Sequence record: NC_073052.1
From: Escherichia phage JLBYU60
Length of the DNA stretch: 44,804 bases
Direction: 5' to 3' (one strand)
The notes below the pieces were generated by a model. It made no database searches. It was not told the DNA's origin and saw nothing but the letters and a program-made list of their open reading frames with translations. This document shows, piece by piece, positions 35,870 through 43,607 of this stretch. The stretch's first letter is position 1. Every line of letters begins with the position of its first letter. Made by a program: the position numbers and the translations under genes.

Positions 35870-36057
35870 TATTCCACCCTTGAAAATTGAGCAATGTAAT
35901 AATCGTGTTCAACATTGGCCCGCTTCGCGGCATTGTTCATGGTAGCCGCCAGTCCTCGAGCTTGCATCCAGCAGCAATTCCAGTTTTGATTCATAACGAT
36001 TTCTGGTTGCTCGTCGCCGGTAATACGGCAACGAAATAAAACAAAGAATATAGCCAT
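35869..36057 (-). CDS. Small hypothetical protein
   Basis: 62-aa ORF with ATG 36057 abutting the upstream gene stop; end overlaps exonuclease start by 1 nt; no motifs. Confidence 0.35.
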   Translation of the reverse strand: MAIFFVLFRCRITGDEQPEIVMNQNWNCCWMQARGLAATMNNAAKRANVEHDYYIAQFSRVE

Positions 36058-36309
36058 TTATTTTGTCTCCCAGCGGTCAATTGTTTTTGCTTCGGATGCA
36101 ACTGCGAAGCGAACATATTCCAGATTGGAATCAGCCCAAATATAAAAGTCTGGATTAATAAAGGTGGTGCGCTTAATTTGCGCGGGAGTATTGCGGCGTT
36201 TATCTATTACGGCAACGCGTGACTGAAAGTTGCCGATGCGTTCGAATAGCCAATAATAAGGGCGTTGGTCGCGTGAATCCACCGCCTCGATTAGCGTGAA
36301 GCGTGCCAT
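36058..36309 (-). CDS. Hypothetical protein
   Basis: 83 aa with RBS GAGGA; preceded by a terminator-like hairpin. Confidence 0.5.
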   Translation of the reverse strand: MARFTLIEAVDSRDQRPYYWLFERIGNFQSRVAVIDKRRNTPAQIKRTTFINPDFYIWADSNLEYVRFAVASEAKTIDRWETK

Positions 36310-36321
36310 TGTCTCGTCCTC

Positions 36322-36350
36322 TAAAAAGAGGCCCGCAGATTAGCAGGCCG
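36322..36350 (-). terminator. Terminator-like hairpin on minus strand
   Basis: Minus strand reads GGCCTGC-taatct-GCGGGCC (one mismatch) then TCTTTTT; downstream of stop at 36358. Confidence 0.45.
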
Positions 36351-36357
36351 GAATACA

Positions 36358-36873
36358 TTAATCTTCCAGTTCGAAATAGGTTTCGACGATTTCTTTTAGC
36401 TCTGTGTGGAAGTCTTCGACGTCGTCATCTTCCAGCTTGGCGATTGATTTGATCTCGAACGATTCCAGCAGGTCGTCGAATTCGTCGTTCGCATCGTCGT
36501 CGTCACCACCGGCAATAATCGCGGCATACTGTTTGATCTCGTCGCGCATCTCTGCCAGCGGATCGGCATCTTTCTTGCCTTTGCCTTTTGCCGGTGCTTT
36601 TTTAGACTTAGCCGGTTTTTCATCTTCGGCATCGTCGTCGTCATCTTCTACGACTTCTTTTTTGGCCTTACCCTTCGCCGGTGCTTTTTTAGCTTTAGCC
36701 GGTTTTTCGTCTTCGGCGTCATCGTCGCCATCTTCGACAACTTCTTTTTTGGCCTTAGACGGCTTCTTGTCTTCCTGCTTACCAACGGCAGCGCCAACGG
36801 TTTCATAATGCTTTGCAATGGTCTCCAGTGCTACTACGCCGCGAGTGATCAGGTTTACGATTTGCTCAAACAT
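36358..36873 (-). CDS. Hypothetical protein with tandem lysine-rich/acidic repeats
   Basis: 171 aa from ATG 36873 (MFEQIVNL) with RBS GGAGATA; central duplicated ~31-aa unit (KPAKAKKAPAKGKAKKEVVEDDDDDAEDE) and acidic C-terminus; the six-frame ORF extension to 37053 lacks a credible start. Confidence 0.55.
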   Translation of the reverse strand: MFEQIVNLITRGVVALETIAKHYETVGAAVGKQEDKKPSKAKKEVVEDGDDDAEDEKPAKAKKAPAKGKAKKEVVEDDDDDAEDEKPAKSKKAPAKGKGKKDADPLAEMRDEIKQYAAIIAGGDDDDANDEFDDLLESFEIKSIAKLEDDDVEDFHTELKEIVETYFELED

Positions 36874-37110
36874 GGTATATCTCCGATTGGTTAAGTTTAG
36901 GTGTCGGCAGTTAACTTCGTCGGTGGCCTTAACATATTGCCAGGTTACGCGTTCTCCCGTTCGGGTAGTGGACCTGGTTATATAATCACGGTTGGGAATC
37001 CTGACACTTCGATCCGGCCCCTGCGGTGCCCCTCTCCAGTTTGCGTCCTGCATCCTGTCGACGGAGTGAATGATAGATTGGTTGCAGGATGGGTGTCAAC
37101 AACTAATTTC

Positions 37111-37143
37111 AAAAAAAAGCGCCGAAGCAAAATGCGACGGCGC
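37111..37143 (-). terminator. Terminator-like hairpin on minus strand in large intergenic region
   Basis: Minus strand GCGCCG...CGGCGC stem (large loop) followed by TTTTTTTT. Confidence 0.4.
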
Positions 37144-37214
37144 TAACCAATAAGAGACAATGAGACGGAAAGTATTATTACACGCGTGCGCGCCCGTTTC
37201 AATATCCAAAGGAT

Positions 37215-37243
37215 TTGACACCCTGCGGTTTTAGGTGTAGTTT
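37215..37243 (+). promoter_or_regulatory. Putative sigma70-like promoter for HTH regulator gene
   Basis: -35 TTGACA (37215-37220), 17-bp spacer, -10 TAGTTT (37238-37243); followed by inverted repeat TTGGTcattaaCCAAC overlapping the RBS region. Confidence 0.4.
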
Positions 37244-37274
37244 CATTGGTCATTAACCAACAGGAGACTGAATT

Positions 37275-37604
37275 ATGAATATCAAAGAAGCAATTGAAGT
37301 GTTATCTAATGCTATCCGCGGCGAGGCGGGTAAATCCTGGTATTACACAAATGCGGTGGATACTCTGTTATTTGAAGTGTCCAGGTTATCGCGTGCTGAG
37401 AAGGAGCTTACCGCCAAACTGGAATTACTGAATGGAACGGCAGCAAGCAAGCTGCAAAAACACAATGAAGAAATGGAAGAATACAAAAAGCAGGTTATCC
37501 GTTTGCGCGCCGAGGGCAAATCTTGGGCGATGATTGCCGAGTTGACCGGAATTAATCAGAGCACAGTGCGCTCCTGGGTACGCAATAATAAAACTTCTAA
37601 GTAA
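37275..37604 (+). CDS. HTH DNA-binding protein (putative early transcriptional regulator)
   Basis: 109 aa with RBS AGGAGA; C-terminal HTH-like segment SWAMIAELTGINQSTVRSWVRNN; first + strand gene after a 400-bp divergent intergenic region with sigma70-like promoter. Confidence 0.6.
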   Translation: MNIKEAIEVLSNAIRGEAGKSWYYTNAVDTLLFEVSRLSRAEKELTAKLELLNGTAASKLQKHNEEMEEYKKQVIRLRAEGKSWAMIAELTGINQSTVRSWVRNNKTSK

Positions 37605-37614
37605 GGCCACGGCA

Positions 37615-39879
37615 ATGAGCTTGATTAAATTCGCTGTAACAAAACCCGCTAAAAAAGGCGAAAAAGCCAGGGCGGAAAACTTCCAGATGACGACCGATGA
37701 GTTTTTCGAATTTATCAAAGATGCGAAAGAAATCTCCTCGGTGCATATCAACAAGACGGAAGATAAAGCCGAGTATGCGCGCCGCAAGCGTAAGGCCGAT
37801 GGCATCGTGGCGTATACCAGTGACGGATTGCGTCGTAAGACCAGTGCGGTGGACCGTTCGATCCTGTTCTTTGATATTGACCGCACCGACACCCGCACCC
37901 TGCGCCGCTGCCGCAAGGCGTTCATCGACGCGGGTCTGGAACACGTATTTCACACCACAACCGGCGACCGCCACCCGCTGAAAGGAGGCACGCGTTGCGC
38001 TCGTTTCCTGGTGCTCACCGATAAGCCTGTACCTGCTGAAGACCTGGGCCGCGTCCAGTATGCACTATTACACCAACTGGGCCTGTCAGATGTGGACTTC
38101 GATGATTGCACGAAAGACACAAACCGCCTTATGTACCTGCCTCACCAGCAATCGGTTGTTAAGTGTCACTACGGCAAACGTGCCCGCGTCCGTCGTCTGC
38201 TGCGCCTGGCGGATAAGCTGGGAGTGGAAAAAGAGGAAGTACGCCGCGAACTAACCCAGGGCGATGACGGCGTGGCGGACGGCATTCTGGATTGGTGCTT
38301 CCAGGCCGGATTCGAACCGCTGTCGTCCGGTCGTGGTTATGAAGTGCCATGCCCGAACGAACATCTGCATAGTGGCGAAGGGTCCACCGCTATCATGGTT
38401 AAGGATGGCGAGATCCGTTTCAAGTGTATGCACACCGGCAACGAGTGCTGTTCCGAACTGAACAGACACCAGCACCTGGCGCTACGTCTTATCGGGATCC
38501 CGGACCACCTGAACGTCGAACCGCACAACATGTCACGTAAGCAAATCGCCGCCATCCTTCCGGGACTGGACGACGAGGAGGTCGAATCGTGCTATGAACA
38601 TATCGTTGATGCGGTCGGTGACGGCGACGAGTACGGCGGATGTACGGACGCAGACCTGGACAACGAGCCGGTTGCACTGTTCAGTAAGCACGACCCGATC
38701 ATAGAAGGTCTGATTAACTTCAAATCGACCTGGTATATGGCTGGCGAGTCGAACATCGGTAAATCGTTCTACGTGCTGGGCCAAATGGGTGCGGTTGCCG
38801 CGGGGATTCCGTTCGGCGGCGCGAAGGTCGTCCAGTCCCATTGCTTCTATTTCGACGCGGAAGGTGGCGAAGCCTCTAACCAGCGCAAAGAAGCATTGCA
38901 GATTAAATATGAGCACGACCTGGACAAGCTGCACATTATCGATCTGCAATCACGCGGCTGGGATATCACCAGCAAATCCGGCTTGCGTGAAGTTATCAGC
39001 TTCATCAACCGCACCGCTAACGGCGAACCGGTTGGCCTGGTGGCGTTCGACTCACTCAACCAGACTGTTGCGTTGCGGTCCGCGGATGCTAAACCGTTCG
39101 ACGAGAACAACGCCAGCGATATGGGTGAAGTGGTCAAAGCGCTGAAGGCCATCGCGGAAAATACAGGTGGCAGTGCGGGCGTCATCCACCACCCGGCGAA
39201 GGGTGCAAACGGCAGCAGAACCCCCCGCGGGTCCGGCGCGCTGCATGGCGCTGTCGATTCTGCGTTCTTCCTGGAACAGCCGGACGACAACCAGCCAGGC
39301 CAATTGAACCTGTATCACGAAAAGGCACGTAACGGCATCAAGCAAGCGCCGCGTGGCTTCGTCCTGCTCAAGTGCAAGGTGAAGGTGGATCTCCGCAAGT
39401 CAGAAGCGTTCGAAGCCCACCAGTCCACCAGCACCGGGCCGGACTTCGGCGATGTGGTCGCCGGTTGGGACGTCAAGCCGATCGCATCAACGCCACGCGA
39501 CGAGACTCTTTACCTCGTACCGGTCGCCCTGGCACCGTTCGCCATTGAGCAGGCAAAGGCCGCTGGCAAGGCCGCAGTTAAGGAAGAGAACGCCGCAGGA
39601 CCGCGCAACGAAAAAGAGAAAGTGCTTTATGCAGCGCTGGAAAAACTGATGGAAGATAACCCGGACCATACCGGATTCAGCAAATCGGCAATTGTCCGCC
39701 AGGCTGGGCTTGCGAAAGGTGGCACATCGACGAAGGCAATCGACGATATGGTCGAGCGCGGCGTACTCGGTTTTTACACAGATCCGCACACCGGGGCCAT
39801 CTATGGGTCGTCGAATATCGTCATCAAAACGAATATACCCATCACGCTTTCGGCGACCGATGATGATTTAAAAGATTAA
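37615..39879 (+). CDS. Primase-helicase (replication initiation protein with RecA-like AAA_25-type ATPase domain)
   Basis: 754 aa; N-terminal region with LFFDIDRTD acidic motif and Cys/His zinc-binding segment CPNEHLHSGEG...FKCMHTGNEC; central Walker A GESNIGKS and Walker B-like LVAFDSLNQ. Confidence 0.7.
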   Translation: MSLIKFAVTKPAKKGEKARAENFQMTTDEFFEFIKDAKEISSVHINKTEDKAEYARRKRKADGIVAYTSDGLRRKTSAVDRSILFFDIDRTDTRTLRRCRKAFIDAGLEHVFHTTTGDRHPLKGGTRCARFLVLTDKPVPAEDLGRVQYALLHQLGLSDVDFDDCTKDTNRLMYLPHQQSVVKCHYGKRARVRRLLRLADKLGVEKEEVRRELTQGDDGVADGILDWCFQAGFEPLSSGRGYEVPCPNEHLHSGEGSTAIMVKDGEIRFKCMHTGNECCSELNRHQHLALRLIGIPDHLNVEPHNMSRKQIAAILPGLDDEEVESCYEHIVDAVGDGDEYGGCTDADLDNEPVALFSKHDPIIEGLINFKSTWYMAGESNIGKSFYVLGQMGAVAAGIPFGGAKVVQSHCFYFDAEGGEASNQRKEALQIKYEHDLDKLHIIDLQSRGWDITSKSGLREVISFINRTANGEPVGLVAFDSLNQTVALRSADAKPFDENNASDMGEVVKALKAIAENTGGSAGVIHHPAKGANGSRTPRGSGALHGAVDSAFFLEQPDDNQPGQLNLYHEKARNGIKQAPRGFVLLKCKVKVDLRKSEAFEAHQSTSTGPDFGDVVAGWDVKPIASTPRDETLYLVPVALAPFAIEQAKAAGKAAVKEENAAGPRNEKEKVLYAALEKLMEDNPDHTGFSKSAIVRQAGLAKGGTSTKAIDDMVERGVLGFYTDPHTGAIYGSSNIVIKTNIPITLSATDDDLKD

Positions 39880-39954
39880 ATTTTGCGCGCATTGGTTGCC
39901 GATATGGGAATTCCCATATCGCTAAAAGGTTAAATTTTGCGCGCATTGGTTGCC
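39876..39954. repeat. 25-bp perfect direct repeats flanking a 20-bp perfect palindrome
   Basis: TTAAATTTTGCGCGCATTGGTTGCC at 39876-39900 and 39930-39954; palindrome GATATGGGAATTCCCATATC at 39901-39920; first repeat overlaps the primase-helicase stop codon. Confidence 0.85.
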
Positions 39955-40015
39955 ATTTTGAGTGTTTTTATCAGGTCGTATTGGTTGCCGTGTAGTGTGA
40001 ATATAGTGAATAGTT

Positions 40016-40201
40016 ATGCAGTTTTACTGCATAAACCAAACGGGACAGAAAGCGGGACAAACAAGGGGCGGGACAAAGCGGGACAGCACCCCCGTCCCGC
40101 CCCGGATGGCGCGGCCTGGAGAGGAGCGGGACAGCGGGACAGCACCCCAGTCTTTCAGACTAGACGGGGGTCAGCGGCCCCCCTCGTCTGAGACTGAATA
40201 A
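40016..40201. repeat. Dispersed direct repeat, copy B (CGGGACA iterons plus long imperfect hairpin)
   Basis: Same orientation and length as copy A, 28,061 bp downstream; central ~45 bp diverged; located in the non-coding hub after the primase-helicase gene. Confidence 0.8.
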
Positions 40202-40350
40202 AATCCGAGGATTGCAAAATACACGGCAGCATGATGCGAAGGGCGGTCGTCGATGAACCAGGCAACCAATGCGGGTTGCATTATGCTGAGTGAAAAATGC
40301 AGTTTGCAGTCACAGCAGATAGCGATCAACTTTTTCATGCGCGTGATTAA

Positions 40351-40393
40351 TATTGGTTGCACCCTGCCTGGCGCCCTGCTATATTGGTTGCAC
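40351..40393 (+). promoter_or_regulatory. Putative sigma70-like promoter with duplicated TATTGGTTGCAC elements
   Basis: -35 TTGCAC (40357-40362), 17-bp spacer, -10 TATATT (40380-40385) preceded by TG-like extension; second TTGGTTGCACACCAA copy spans the predicted start site; gene starts at 40414. Confidence 0.5.
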
Positions 40394-40413
40394 ACCAACA
40401 AGAGGACTGAACG

Positions 40414-40719
40414 ATGAAAGTATTAATCTGGAATTACACAATGGCAGTGGCGAAGCTGTACGAAGCGAAACACACAAACGGCAACGCAGACGACGCGCGC
40501 CAGGTTGTCATCCTGGCCCAGCAGGGAATCATGAACGCGTTCGACGATATGTTTGCCAGCCTGGACGAACTGGAACCGCTGCGCGTGGCGATCTGCGAAT
40601 ATGCGATGGCATTTGCCCGTGAACGCCTGGCGTATCGCTTCGGGATCGGCGAGACGGCAGTGACAAACGTCGCCCGGATTAAAGCCCAGCGTGAGCTATT
40701 CGCCCAGCTTGCGAAATAA
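40414..40719 (+). CDS. Hypothetical protein
   Basis: 101-aa ORF with RBS AAGAGGA, directly downstream of a sigma70-like promoter (TTGCAC-17-TATATT). Confidence 0.5.
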   Translation: MKVLIWNYTMAVAKLYEAKHTNGNADDARQVVILAQQGIMNAFDDMFASLDELEPLRVAICEYAMAFARERLAYRFGIGETAVTNVARIKAQRELFAQLAK

Positions 40720-40728
40720 GAGGCCAAA

Positions 40729-41160
40729 ATGACCCGTAGACGCGCAAAACAGCTTTCGTGGCATATTCCCCTGCATTGCATACGAATATGGGCTAAGAAT
40801 GCGAATGTGGGGGATTCTGTATTCTGGTGTTATCGCGACGACGTAAAGCCACTGACGCAGACTCGCTACTTGCACCTGTTCGCAGCAAAGCACGGATTCC
40901 AGGTGCGGACTTCCTTGCAACCAATGGGGATCCGTATTACATTACGCCGAAAGCCCGCCATTGAGCGGGTAGGCAAACACTGGAGACTGAGCAAAATGAA
41001 CAAGCAACCTGAACGCTGGCGGAGTAAGGCCACGCGACTGACTTACTTCGTGACAGAAGAAGCAAACGGCAACGTGACTATTTCACACCCTAAGTGTGGT
41101 ACTCGCCGCACTATCTCGCGCCTCACATTAGTTCGTAACTACAGGAGATTGACAGAATGA
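40729..41160 (+). CDS. Hypothetical basic protein
   Basis: 143-aa ORF, arginine-rich; RBS-like GAGG upstream; no motifs. Confidence 0.5.
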   Translation: MTRRRAKQLSWHIPLHCIRIWAKNANVGDSVFWCYRDDVKPLTQTRYLHLFAAKHGFQVRTSLQPMGIRITLRRKPAIERVGKHWRLSKMNKQPERWRSKATRLTYFVTEEANGNVTISHPKCGTRRTISRLTLVRNYRRLTE

Positions 41161-41558
41161 AAATGATATTCCGCAATAAGCATAATGGGCGATTCCTTAC
41201 CCCGATCGAAGTGCTGCCGAACTATGTGCGCATGTACCATGAAGCCAGCGACCGCGTATTCTGGTACAAGAAAGCCACCCTGCATGAGCATTTGCAGGTA
41301 GTGCACCACGACGTACGAGTAGGTGATGTGCTGCGTTGTGATGGCAATGACTACACTTGGGTCGTGAAGTCAGTCGGGACGGAATGGATTACTATCGACA
41401 GCACTCTGGTGGCAGGCGCGACTATTAACCCCGCCACCCTGGTGAATTACACCCGCGTAGGCCGGAACTACACACCTAAGCGCCCTGGCGTCGTGGCGAA
41501 AGCGATCACCCGTACGGAGCACCCATATACCAAATACGACGAGAGCAAGGTGCGCTAG
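41157..41558 (+). CDS. Hypothetical protein
   Basis: 133-aa ORF, start ATGA-overlaps the upstream stop; ends at TAG followed in-frame by ~50 further sense codons. Confidence 0.5.
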   Translation: MKMIFRNKHNGRFLTPIEVLPNYVRMYHEASDRVFWYKKATLHEHLQVVHHDVRVGDVLRCDGNDYTWVVKSVGTEWITIDSTLVAGATINPATLVNYTRVGRNYTPKRPGVVAKAITRTEHPYTKYDESKVR

Positions 41559-41983
41559 CATATCGACAACGCCCGGAAGGCCATTACCCAGCAATGCGAT
41601 GCAATGCGCATGGCTAATCTGGACGCAAAACGCCACGGAATCGGCGTGCTCCTGGTCTACCCCGACGGTAGCATGAAGTCCGTAAGCCCGTTGCGTGTGG
41701 TGCTGAAATGAATAAATTCGATTTAGTGCGGGATAAATTAACCCGCGATTTATACTTGGTGGTCGCCGTAACCCATTACCAGGTTAAACTACGTAATGTG
41801 GCTACTAAGCAAGCGCACTGGGCGCCACGCCATAACCCACATCTGGAGGTCGTATCCCGTGTCGGCTGTGATTCGTGATATGCTGATGCATAACCGCTTT
41901 GAGATAGGCGGTCGGGTATTTCGCAATTACTTCGTGGCGCGTGCATGGGCGCGCCATATTGGCAAACCGGAAGGGGCAATTCG

Positions 41984-42271
41984 ATGCTACACGATTTGAT
42001 TTATTGGTTTGGTTTTGGGTGCGCGACACTCTTTGCTACGGTGCTGGCGCTGTTGGTATGGGTATTCCTGATTTGGCCCGCGGTGGAAGCTGCCAGTATT
42101 ACCCGCATGACGTTCGAGGTCTACAAGCGCCGTGGAATAACGGAGCACCCGACCAGGCTTCGGATGTGGTGGCTGTGGTATCGGGATATGATAGGCGGTC
42201 GAACATTCGAAGCCGTCCGCTCATCCGGGTGGGAGTGGAAAGGCGTCGGCAAGTGGTCCGTTTTCGATTAA
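41984..42271 (+). CDS. Small membrane protein
   Basis: 95 aa from ATG 41984 (MLHDLIYWFGFGCATLFATVLALLVWVFLIW), one strong TM helix; followed by a strong terminator. Confidence 0.45.
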   Translation: MLHDLIYWFGFGCATLFATVLALLVWVFLIWPAVEAASITRMTFEVYKRRGITEHPTRLRMWWLWYRDMIGGRTFEAVRSSGWEWKGVGKWSVFD

Positions 42272-42288
42272 TTATGCAAGCGTGATAT

Positions 42289-42323
42289 AGTCCCAGTGAG
42301 CTAAAACTTACTGGGACTTTTTT
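42289..42323 (+). terminator. Rho-independent terminator immediately upstream of holin start
   Basis: Perfect 9-bp stem AGTCCCAGT / ACTGGGACT with 12-nt loop followed by TTTTT; holin ATG at 42324. Confidence 0.75.
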
Positions 42324-42614
42324 ATGGATAAGCTAAACGAGTGGTTATTCGCCCTTGCGTGTCTTGCTGGTGGCTTCGTCGGCGCACGCATTCACGGCGA
42401 GGCTACGAAAGGGCCGCTAAACTTCGTGTTATATATCGTAGTTGGCTTCCTGTGTGCCATCTTTGGTGCGCCAGCTATCGCCGAGTGGGCTGGCTTATCT
42501 GGCGAGCGCACTGTCGCCGGTTTGGGCTTCGTAACTGCAATCTTCTGGATGCCAATAGCCGCCCGGATCAGGGAGACTATTGAGTCGTTCCGACTTCCGG
42601 GGGGCGCAAAATGA
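42324..42614 (+). CDS. Putative holin
   Basis: 96 aa with three predicted TM segments; immediately upstream of a second small membrane protein and the endolysin. Confidence 0.55.
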   Translation: MDKLNEWLFALACLAGGFVGARIHGEATKGPLNFVLYIVVGFLCAIFGAPAIAEWAGLSGERTVAGLGFVTAIFWMPIAARIRETIESFRLPGGAK

Positions 42615-42856
42615 TTATCTCCGTCCTGTTGTTTGTTATCATAGGGGCTTCGTCCCTGTTTAACGTGTATGCGCCGTCCGTTCAGGATGGCTTCTTCGGT
42701 CGGGTGTTATATCTGCTTACGGCGATGGTCTGCATTATCGGACTGTTGCAAACCGGAGACGTATCTGACGCCACCTGGACCGCGTTAATCTGGTTGTTTG
42801 CATTGCGCACGCTGCGTAATGCTGTTCTAAATGGGGTAAAACATGCGATTCAGTGA
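42611..42856 (+). CDS. Putative second holin / antiholin
   Basis: 81 aa with 2-3 TM segments; start overlaps upstream stop (ATGA); precedes endolysin. Confidence 0.5.
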   Translation: MIISVLLFVIIGASSLFNVYAPSVQDGFFGRVLYLLTAMVCIIGLLQTGDVSDATWTALIWLFALRTLRNAVLNGVKHAIQ

Positions 42857-43334
42857 CAACGGTCTAAGATTTACGGCAGCATGGGAGCAATTCAGCCCAG
42901 TGCCGTATTTTGCGACTAAGAAAGAGCAGGCCCGCGGCCTGTATACCTGGGGCTATGGTCACACCGGCACTAATCCGCCGCGGAGCATTACCCGTGCGGA
43001 AGCACTGGAGCTACTCAAGCGCGACGTGGCGTATGCCGAGAACTGGGTAAACAAGTACGCACACCCGAGCATCAACCAGGCGCAATTCGACGCGCTGGTG
43101 GACCTGGTTATCAATGCCGGTCCTGGTCCGATCATGCCGGACGACGTCGCCGGAGACTTCGACGATGCGATCCGCCTGGGTGACTGGGCAAAGGTCCGTG
43201 CTACGCTGCCACAATTCCGCAAGCAAGGCGGGGCAGTGCTCAAGGGGCTTGTCCGTCGTGCAATCGGCAGGCAGGCACTATTTGATGGTAAGCAGTGGGA
43301 CGTTGCCGAGAAAATCGGGCGAAACGCCGCATAA
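42843..43334 (+). CDS. Endolysin (phage lysozyme, GH24-like)
   Basis: 163 aa; N-terminal catalytic region TAAWEQFSPVPYFATKKEQARGLYTWGYGHTG matching the Glu...Asp...Thr pattern of T4-type lysozymes. Confidence 0.8.
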   Translation: MRFSDNGLRFTAAWEQFSPVPYFATKKEQARGLYTWGYGHTGTNPPRSITRAEALELLKRDVAYAENWVNKYAHPSINQAQFDALVDLVINAGPGPIMPDDVAGDFDDAIRLGDWAKVRATLPQFRKQGGAVLKGLVRRAIGRQALFDGKQWDVAEKIGRNAA

Positions 43335-43350
43335 TACGAGGAGACACAGT

Positions 43351-43512
43351 ATGTTAAAAAGCATTCTTGATCATAACGCCGACGCGCTCGCCGCGCTGGC
43401 TAAAACCGAAGACCCAGGCGCTCGCGCCATTATCGCGGACACTATCAGTCATGCTGGCGTATTTGACGCGAAGCTGCCGAGTCCGCCACCGCCCGCAGAG
43501 ACTGAAGAGTAA
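43351..43512 (+). CDS. Small hypothetical protein
   Basis: 53 aa from ATG 43351 with RBS GAGGAG; followed by rho-independent terminator. Confidence 0.4.
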   Translation: MLKSILDHNADALAALAKTEDPGARAIIADTISHAGVFDAKLPSPPPPAETEE

Positions 43513-43519
43513 ACCACCA

Positions 43520-43546
43520 AGCCCGGAATTATCCGGGCTTTTTTAT
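43520..43546 (+). terminator. Rho-independent terminator
   Basis: AGCCCGGA-atta-TCCGGGCT followed by TTTTTT. Confidence 0.8.
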
Positions 43547-43607
43547 TTATTGCCCCAGTACCGTGGTATATTGCATCCAGGTCATCTCAATCTGGAAGTA
43601 AATTAAT

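Noticed and set aside
36874-37053. N-terminal extension of ORF 36358-37053 (MQDANWRGAPQGPDRSV...)
   Set aside because: No ATG or RBS at 37053; strong RBS plus ATG at 36873 gives a compact gene; the extension lies in an intergenic region with promoter and terminator features.
36900-37100. Possible tRNA gene (TTCGATCC-like T-loop sequence)
   Set aside because: No acceptor-stem or anticodon-arm complementarity could be built around it on either strand; no cloverleaf.
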